IMG/VR virus record: IMGVR_UViG_2690316267_000015
Length of the DNA: 4,860 bases
Source: a virus
Taxonomy: Duplodnaviria > Heunggongvirae > Uroviricota > Caudoviricetes
Reading direction: 5' to 3' (one strand)
Shown: positions 1-4,860 of the stretch, piece after piece
Layout of the letters: each line of letters starts with the position of its first letter
How positions within the stretch are numbered: position 1 is the first letter of the stretch
The notes under the pieces: generated by a model
Told to the model about the DNA's origin: nothing
Databases searched by the model: none
The model's input: the letters and a program-made list of their open reading frames with translations, nothing else
Position numbers and translations under genes: made by a program

Positions 1-44
1 TATAATAAACTTACTTTTTTATCATTTTTCCACTTTAACAACAT
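1..44 (-). CDS. Possible 5' end of a divergently transcribed gene running off the left edge (reads MLLKWKNDKKVSLL...)
   Basis: ATG at 44..42 on the - strand, preceded by GTGGAG (Shine-Dalgarno-like) 4 nt upstream. The frame is open to the window edge. Only ~14 codons are visible, so this is weak. Confidence 0.2.
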   Translation of the reverse strand, partial: MLLKWKNDKKVSLL

Positions 45-316
45 TTTGCTCCACTTTTCCACGACCAAACAACTTGAAATCTGGTTAAAATAACACGCAA
101 CACTATTCTTCTTCCTTGAGTCCGCCCGGAACTCGAAAAACAAACCGAGTTAAAGCCATTTTTCACAAAATCGATTTTGGGTCTCACCAAAGTTACGGGG
201 TTGCATACGCATTCGTTTATTTTCGAACGTGTACATACAAATATGCACAAAAATAATCAAAATTATTTTCTGAGATGCATTATGATATGAAAACCAATTT
301 CGTATAGAGTCTCACT

Positions 317-907
317 ATGTCTCGAATTTTTGCTTACTGTCGGATATCAACGCTGGATCAGACCACCGAAAATCAACGCCGGGAAATCGAAAGTGCAGGT
401 TTTAAAATCAAACCTCAGCAAATAATCGAAGAACACATTAGCGGCTCAGCAGCAACCAGTGAGCGTCCTGGTTTTAACCGGTTGCTTGCTCGCCTGAAAT
501 GTGGTGATCAATTGATTGTGACAAAACTGGATCGCCTTGGTTGTAATGCAATGGATATCAGGAAAACAGTGGAACAACTGACCGAAACAGGTATCAGAGT
601 GCATTGCTTAGCATTGGGGGGCATTGACCTGACCAGTCCAACAGGAAAAATGATGATGCACGTAATTTCAGCAGTCGCTGAATTTGAACGAGACCTTTTA
701 CTTGAACGCACTCATTCCGGGATAGTAAGAGCCCGCGGCGCAGGGAAACGTTTTGGTCGACCACCTGTGTTAAATGAAGAACAGAAACAGGTGGTATTCG
801 AACGAATTAAGTCAGGTGTAAGTATAAGTGCCATTGCCCGGGAATTCAAAACCTCGCGGCAAACCATTTTAAGAGCCAAAGCAAAACTTCAGACACCTGA
901 CATATAA
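317..907 (+). CDS. pinQ: Serine-recombinase DNA invertase, Pin/Hin/Gin/Cin family (196 aa)
   Basis: The 196-aa ORF begins [15 protein letters not shown], with the catalytic serine in the conserved R-I-S-T-x-D-Q motif. It has a resolvase-type catalytic domain and a C-terminal helix-turn-helix ([17 protein letters not shown]). I recognise it as the PinQ/PinR type of E. coli cryptic prophages. The symbol pinQ rather than pinR is chosen from the neighbouring genes. Confidence 0.95.
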   Translation: MSRIFAYCRISTLDQTTENQRREIESAGFKIKPQQIIEEHISGSAATSERPGFNRLLARLKCGDQLIVTKLDRLGCNAMDIRKTVEQLTETGIRVHCLALGGIDLTSPTGKMMMHVISAVAEFERDLLLERTHSGIVRARGAGKRFGRPPVLNEEQKQVVFERIKSGVSISAIAREFKTSRQTILRAKAKLQTPDI

Positions 908-1004
908 AAAATAATCTCGGTGTGAGATGCTTTACGTCTTCCAAGCCCCCTTCCTTGCCGTAAATGGAGAGATACATCTAATTATAGAATTTATATGTTT
1001 TACC

Positions 1005-1580
1005 CTACGGCAGTGCTGGCCATTCAATATCCGGTGCAGTTGATGTATCAACACGGTTCAGCAACACCCGATACTTTTTCCAGGCTTCCAGCAACAAGGT
1101 TTCTTCCTCCGTTGCGATCTCCAGATCCACAGCATCCTGAAGCGGCGCTATATGCTCACTGGCTATCTGCATCAGGCTGTTTTTTGTTTCTTCCGCCTCC
1201 CGGATCCGGAACAGTTTTTCTGCTTCCGTATCCTTCACCCAGGCTGTGCCGTTCCACTTCTGATATTCCCCTCCCGGCGATAACCAGGTAACATTTTCCG
1301 GTAACGGACCGAGTTCAGAAATAAATAACGCGTCGCCGGAAGCCACGTCATAAACCGTTTTACCCCGATGATCTTCAACGAGATGCCACGATGCCTCATC
1401 ACTGTTGAAAACAGCCACGAAGCCTGCCGGAATATCTGGCGGTGCAATATCGGTACTGTTTGCTGGCAGACCTGTATGAGGCGGAATATATGCGTCACCT
1501 TCACCAATAAATTCATTAGTTCCGGCCAGCAGATTATAAATTTTTATGGTCCGTGCTTGTTCACTCATTCTGAATGCCAT
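1005..1580 (-). CDS. tfaQ: Tail fibre assembly protein (191 aa)
   Basis: The 191-aa ORF ([24 protein letters not shown]...) is recognised as the lambdoid Tfa family. GAGG lies about 9 nt upstream of the ATG. The start overlaps the stop of the upstream stf fragment as TAATG (1578-1582), a classic stf-tfa translational coupling. Confidence 0.92.
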   Translation of the reverse strand: MAFRMSEQARTIKIYNLLAGTNEFIGEGDAYIPPHTGLPANSTDIAPPDIPAGFVAVFNSDEASWHLVEDHRGKTVYDVASGDALFISELGPLPENVTWLSPGGEYQKWNGTAWVKDTEAEKLFRIREAEETKNSLMQIASEHIAPLQDAVDLEIATEEETLLLEAWKKYRVLLNRVDTSTAPDIEWPALP

Positions 1581-1888
1581 TATGCAAGCCTCACAATATA
1601 GTTAAATGCGATGTTTTTGACGGTGTTTTCCGCGTTACCAGCAGCGTTAACGGTGATGGTATGTCCATGTGAACCAATCGCAACGGAGTGCGTATGAGCA
1701 CCAATACCGACAGTATGTGCGTGTGCACCTGCGCTTGCAGCAGTACCCGATACAGAGTGCGTATGAGCGCCTGCAGAAGAAGTGTTAACACTGTATTTAG
1801 AATAATCAGGTGATCCACTTCCCGGAGCACCACTGGAACCACCTGAAACAAATGTCATCGAATGGGTATGTGCACCGGCTGTCCCCAT
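1580..1888 (-). pseudogene. stfQ: Side tail fibre protein, C-terminal fragment only (102 codons from an internal ATG)
   Basis: The translation contains five GAHTHS-like His-box repeats ([35 protein letters not shown]) and ends ...[26 protein letters not shown], typical of lambdoid Stf and T4 gp37-like fibre tips. Upstream of the ATG at 1888 this frame is out-of-frame J sequence, so the N-terminal about 90 percent of a normal Stf is absent. Confidence 0.8.
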
Positions 1889-3222
1889 GCATTTACCGCC
1901 CGGACTGTCAGCCTGTAATTTCCCAGCGCCAGCTGCGTGAAGCGATATGTGGTTTCCGTCGTCCGGGCCGTGCTGACCAACCGCTCACTGCCGTCGTCCG
2001 CTGCCACGGTCAGGCGAAGCATAAAGCTCACCCCCTTCACCACCTTCGGCGTGTCCCAGCGCGCCAGCACCTGGTATTCCCCGCTGTCTGCGGTGACTTC
2101 TGCGGTCAGGTGCTGAACTGCTGGCGGCGTGACACCATTCACCGTGCCGCTCTGGTCACCGTCAAAGTGCGCCCCGTTATCCACGATGGCTTCTTTCTCC
2201 GGTACATGCTGCACGGCAGTGATGGCATACGTACCGTCATCGTTCTCACGGATACTCACACAGCGGAACAGGCGCTGACGCAGCGTCGGCAGCTTCAGCC
2301 CCCACACGCTGTACTCGGCAACGCCGTCAGGAACCCGGCTCACTTTCACCTTCACGCCGTCGGTGACGGACTGGACCTCCACGCTCACCGGATTACCCTG
2401 CCCGTCAACCAGGCTTATCAGCGTGGTGCCGGAGGATGGCAGCGTGATTTCACGGTCGAGCGTCAGTGTCCGCGTCTGGCTGTTCACCGCCAGCACGCGC
2501 CCGCCGATGCTGATCCCCGCATAGTCATCATCACAGATTTCAATGACATCACCTGGTACATGGCGAAGCCCTTCGGCACCCACGCTGAAGTCCACGGTCT
2601 GCGTTTCCAGCAGTTCCGTTTTAATCAGCCACAGCCCGGCTCGGTGCGCCTGCCCCCGCCTGGTACAGCCAAAGGCATCCATCTTCGTGACGTTACGACC
2701 GTAACGGGCAATGGCCTGCGTGTCCTCCACAAGCTCTGTCGCCGTCTCCCAGCCGTTATCCGGGTCAATCCAGTTCACCTCAACGGCATTATGGCGGTCC
2801 TTCAGGGCGCTGAAGCTGTAGCGGAACGGCGCGCCATCATCCGGCATCACCACATTACTGCGGTTATAGGTCCACACCTTATCTGATGGTCGGTCCTGCA
2901 CGAACGTCAGCGTCTGCCCGTTCCATACCGGCATACAGCGCATCGCCGAGCAGAAATCACTGAGAACATCCCACGCCTTACGCTGTGTGGTCAGCCAGGC
3001 ATTACAGGTGATGCGCGGCTCCGTGCCGCCAAAACCGTCCGGCACCGACTGGTCGCAACACTGGCCGATGACATACAGCGCCCATTTATCCACATCTGCC
3101 GCACCAAGACGTTTACCCATGCCGTAGCGCGGGTGGCTGGAGATCTGTCTCGCTGGCCTGCCGCAGTTCTTCAACTTCCCGGCGCAGCTTTTCGTTCTCA
3201 ATTTCAGCATCCCTTTCGGCAT
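1855..3222 (-). pseudogene. Lambda J-like host specificity (central tail fibre) protein, internal fragment
   Basis: From roughly 3141 down to 1879 the translation (...YGMGKRLGAADVDKWALYVIGQCCDQ...GQTLTFVQDRPSDKVWTYNRSNVVMPDDGAPFRYSFSALKDRHNAVEVNWIDPDNGWETATELVEDTQAIARYGRNVTKMDAFGC...RAVNAWGQ) matches the middle third of lambda gpJ as I recall it. The ATG at 3222 lies inside Nu1-derived DNA and has no convincing Shine-Dalgarno sequence. The J C-terminal receptor-binding region and N-terminal region are missing. Confidence 0.8.
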
Positions 3223-3370
3223 ACCATTTTATGACGGCGGCAGAATCATAAAGCACCTCATTACCCTTGCCACCGCCTCGCAGAACGGGCATTCCCTGTT
3301 CCTGCCAGTTCTGAATGGTACGGATACTCGCACCGAAAATGTCAGCCAGCTGCTTTTTGTTGACTTCCAT
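3113..3370 (-). pseudogene. nohQ: Terminase small subunit Nu1 homolog, N-terminal DNA-binding fragment (Nu1 residues about 1-79, then out-of-frame tail)
   Basis: MEVNKKQLADIFGASIRTIQNWQEQGMPVLRGGGKGNEVLYDSAAVIKWYAERDAEIENEKLRREVEELRQASE is near-identical to the lambda gpNu1 N-terminus as I recall it. Homology stops near 3134; the remaining 6 codons (PALRHG) are not Nu1. The ATG sits about 189 bp from cosN, as in lambda. Confidence 0.85.
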
Positions 3371-3390
3371 TGTTCATTCCACGGACAAAA

Positions 3391-3595
3391 ACAGAGAAAG
3401 GAAACGACAAAGGCCAAAAAGCCCGCTTTCAGCACCTGTCGTTTCCTTTCTTTTCAGGGGGTATTTTAAATAAAAACATTAAGTTACGACGAAGAAGAAC
3501 GGAAACACCTTAAACCGGAAAATTTTCATAAATAGCGAAAACCCGCGAGGTCGCCGCCCCGTAACCTGTCGGATCACCGGAAAGGACCCGTAAAG
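3391..3595 (-). other. cos: Lambda-type cohesive end site (cos): cosB with R1, I1, R2, R3, then cosN, then the cosQ-side flank
   Basis: On the - strand the sequence reads GGGCGGCGACCTCGCGGGTTTTCGCTATTTATGAAAATTTTCCGGTTTAAGG..., which is the lambda left end as I recall it. R-site-like 16-mers lie at 3391-3406 (R1, - orientation), 3440-3455 (CGTTTCCTTTCTTTTC, R2, + orientation) and 3492-3507 (R3, - orientation, one mismatch to lambda). An AT-rich IHF-like stretch lies at 3461-3485. The right-end flank CGTAACCTGTCGGATCACCGGAAAGGACCCG (3560-3590) matches the lambda right end. Confidence 0.85.
3548..3559. other. cosN: cosN 12-nt cohesive-end sequence (AGGTCGCCGCCC on +, GGGCGGCGACCT on -)
   Basis: Exact match to the lambda 12-nt 5' overhang sequence, with lambda-identical flanks on both sides. 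Confidence 0.85.
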
Positions 3596-3758
3596 TGATA
3601 ATGATTATCATCTACATATCACAACGTGCGTGGAGGCCATCAAACCACGTCAAATAATCAATTATGACGCAGGTATCGTATTAATTGATCTGCATCAACT
3701 TAACGTAAAAACAACTTCAGACAATACAAATCAGCGACACTGAATACGGGGCAACCTC

Positions 3759-3992
3759 ATGTCTACGAAGAACAGAACCCGCAGAACAACAACCCGCAAC
3801 ATCCGCTTTCCTAACCAAATGATTGAACAAATTAACATCGCTCTTGAGCAAAAAGGGTCCGGGAATTTCTCAGCCTGGGTCATTGAAGCCTGCCGCCGGA
3901 GACTGTGCTCAGAAAAAAGAGTTTCTTCTGAAGCAAACAAAGAAAAGAGTGACATTACTGAATTGCTCAGAAAACAGGTCAGACCAGATTGA
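3759..3992 (+). CDS. ynfO: Small basic protein with predicted ribbon-helix-helix DNA-binding fold (77 aa), ynfO-like
   Basis: 77-aa ORF with GGGG 8 nt upstream of the ATG. It has a basic N-terminal arm (KNRTRRTTTRN), then RNIRFP (beta strand, compare Arc FNLRWP), NQMIEQINIALEQKG (helix A ending in Gly), SGNFS turn and AWVIEACRRRL (helix B). This is the Arc/Mnt/CopG pattern. A charged C-terminal tail of about 30 aa follows. Confidence 0.85.
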   Translation: MSTKNRTRRTTTRNIRFPNQMIEQINIALEQKGSGNFSAWVIEACRRRLCSEKRVSSEANKEKSDITELLRKQVRPD

Positions 3993-4049
3993 AGCAATTT
4001 AGATAATCGTGCAGACTACGCCCCCTCATATCACATGGAAGGTTTATCT

Positions 4050-4460
4050 ATGGATCAGGTAGTCATTTTTAAACAAATATTTGATAAAGTTCGAAACGAT
4101 TTAAACTATCAATGGTTTTATTCTGAGCTAAAACATCACAATGTCTCACATTACATTTACTATTTAGCCACAGAGAATGTTCATATTGTATTAAAAAATG
4201 ATAATACAGTGTTATTAAAGGGCCTAAAAAACATTGTGTCTGTCAAATTTTCAAAGGATAGGCATCTTATAGAAACGACCTCTAATAAGCTGAAATCCAG
4301 AGAGATCACATTTCAGGAATACAGAAGAAACCTTGCTAAAGCAGGAGTTTTTCGGTGGGTTACAAATATCCACGAACAAAAAAGATATTACTATACCTTT
4401 GATAATTCATTACTATTTACTGAAAGCATCCAGAAAACTACACAGATCTTACCACGCTAA
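4050..4460 (+). CDS. ydfO: ydfO/ybcV-family protein (DUF1398 as I recall), 136 aa; an alternative in-frame start at 4035 would give 141 aa
   Basis: The ORF track gives 4035..4460. The second ATG at 4050 has a better Shine-Dalgarno sequence (GGAAGG at 4037-4042, 7-nt spacer) and yields [14 protein letters not shown]..., matching the ydfO-type start I recall. The gene is very AT-rich, far below the J fragment in GC. Confidence 0.85.
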   Translation: MDQVVIFKQIFDKVRNDLNYQWFYSELKHHNVSHYIYYLATENVHIVLKNDNTVLLKGLKNIVSVKFSKDRHLIETTSNKLKSREITFQEYRRNLAKAGVFRWVTNIHEQKRYYYTFDNSLLFTESIQKTTQILPR

Positions 4461-4468
4461 ACCATAAC

Positions 4469-4497
4469 GTCCGGCTTCTCTCACTCCTGAGCCGGAC
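4469..4497. terminator. Perfect 8-bp GC-rich hairpin (GTCCGGCT, 13-nt loop, AGCCGGAC) between convergent ydfO and the gns-like gene; candidate terminator
   Basis: The stem arms are exact reverse complements and the hairpin lies 9 nt after the ydfO stop. The T-tract after it on the + strand is weak (TGCATTGGTTT), so intrinsic terminator activity is uncertain. Confidence 0.45.
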
Positions 4498-4563
4498 TGC
4501 ATTGGTTTAATAAAAACCATCAACAATTGTGATTTAGATATTCGGAACCATTCAAATATAACA

Positions 4564-4585
4564 AAACCCCGTAAAAACGAGGTTT
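4564..4585 (-). terminator. Rho-independent terminator for the gns-like gene
   Basis: The - strand RNA reads AAACCUCG-UUUUUA-CGGGGUUU followed by UUUUGUUAUAUUU. That is an 8-bp stem with one G-U pair and a U-tract, about 25 nt downstream of the stop at 4612. The + strand version has a C-A mismatch, so it is asymmetric. Confidence 0.6.
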
Positions 4586-4611
4586 ATGGATAAATTTTAT
4601 TATTGAATACA

Positions 4612-4794
4612 TCAGATTAAATTAATCTTGACATCATAGCTTTCAAGACCCGTCATTTTTTCCCGTGCGGTAAACTGAATACTGGTAACTTCTTTCCCGG
4701 TCTTTTTCTTAAGTTCAATAATTTTTTTTGTTATATATTCAGAAATATCTGCTTCTGCTTTTGTTTTTAAGGAAGGTGCGAATAAGCAGGTCAT
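4612..4794 (-). CDS. gnsB: Gns-family protein (GnsA/GnsB-like), 60 aa from the ATG at 4794; the frame stays open upstream to the window edge
   Basis: The C-terminal two thirds (ISEYITKKIIELKKKTGKEVTSIQFTAREKMTGLESYDVKINLI) closely resemble GnsA/GnsB as I recall them (…KNTGKEVSEIRFTAREKMTGLESYDVKIKIM). GGGAAG lies just upstream of the ATG at 4794. The ORF-track version (4612..4860) begins at a GTG at the window edge, so the true start is uncertain. Confidence 0.75.
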   Translation of the reverse strand: MTCLFAPSLKTKAEADISEYITKKIIELKKKTGKEVTSIQFTAREKMTGLESYDVKINLI

Positions 4795-4860
4795 TTCTTC
4801 CCAAGCTGACTCGCTGATTAAAATTTCTCGGATCTGGGCCGATTTTTTTCCCGCAAACAC

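Noticed and set aside
35-250. 71-aa ORF on the - strand in the pin upstream region
   Set aside because: Cys-rich, low-complexity translation spanning the AT-rich leader, with no Shine-Dalgarno sequence and no recognisable fold signature. Most likely a chance ORF.
243-316. Tiny + strand ORFs (10-15 codons) just upstream of pin as leader peptides
   Set aside because: No ribosome-binding sites and no attenuator-like structure. Indistinguishable from chance in AT-rich sequence.
508-711. 67-aa - strand ORF inside pin
   Set aside because: Fully embedded antisense within a well-supported invertase gene; a shadow ORF.
931-964. TTTACG...CGTAAA inverted repeat between pin and tfa as a gix/hix-type crossover site
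   Set aside because: Only 6-bp arms with a 22-nt spacer, no AAACC-nn-GGTTT core, and no matching partner site found elsewhere in the window. Kept only as a weak candidate under the orphan-invertase finding.
995-1851. Four overlapping ORFs (995..1291 +, 1235..1516 -, 1368..1601 +, 1591..1851 -)
   Set aside because: All overlap tfa or the stf tip in alternative frames or antisense. The tfa and stf frames have recognisable family signatures and these do not.
1650-1870. Repetitive DNA that could be mistaken for a CRISPR-like or tandem-repeat array
   Set aside because: The repeats are the coding sequence of the GAHTHS His-box motifs of the fibre tip. The units are short, imperfect and in frame, with no repeat-spacer organisation.
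1855-1888. Programmed ribosomal frameshift joining J and Stf frames
   Set aside because: Homology to J and to Stf each ends or begins abruptly at the junction and the missing segments are very large. A deletion scar explains it; no slippery heptamer or downstream structure was evident.
1810-2886. 358-aa ORF on the + strand
   Set aside because: It is antisense to the J-like fragment, whose - strand translation has clear homology. It is a typical stop-poor shadow frame in GC-rich DNA, His/Arg/Pro-rich, with no ribosome-binding site.
3229-3435. 68-aa - strand ORF overlapping the Nu1 fragment and cosB
   Set aside because: It is an alternative frame of the Nu1 5' region and runs through the R sites of cosB. 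The Nu1 frame is the one with homology.
3731-3997. 88-aa - strand ORF antisense to the ynfO-like gene
   Set aside because: The sense ORF has a coherent RHH signature and a ribosome-binding site; the antisense one has neither.

Overview
This window reads as the cos-proximal end of a degraded lambdoid (Qin-like) cryptic prophage of E. coli; all assignments are from sequence memory and reading the ORF track, not from any search. Left to right: an AT-rich leader, then a Pin-family serine DNA invertase (+). Converging on it from the right (- strand) are a tail-fibre assembly gene translationally coupled to a side-tail-fibre C-terminal fragment, an internal fragment of a lambda J-like host-specificity protein, and the N-terminal ~79 codons of a lambda Nu1-like small terminase subunit. 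The three fragments are joined out of frame, so they are deletion scars. Immediately upstream of the Nu1 start is what looks like a complete lambda-type cos site (cosB R1/R2/R3, cosN, cosQ-side sequence). Beyond cos lies an AT-rich moron block: a small ribbon-helix-helix-like protein (ynfO-like) followed by a ydfO-like protein (+), hairpin terminators, and a Gns-family ORF (-) running off the right edge. No rRNA, tRNA, CRISPR or IS element was seen. The most interesting candidate for something undescribed is the conserved RHH-plus-ydfO-like pair beside cos, which has toxin-antitoxin-like or repressor-effector-like architecture; this is inference only.
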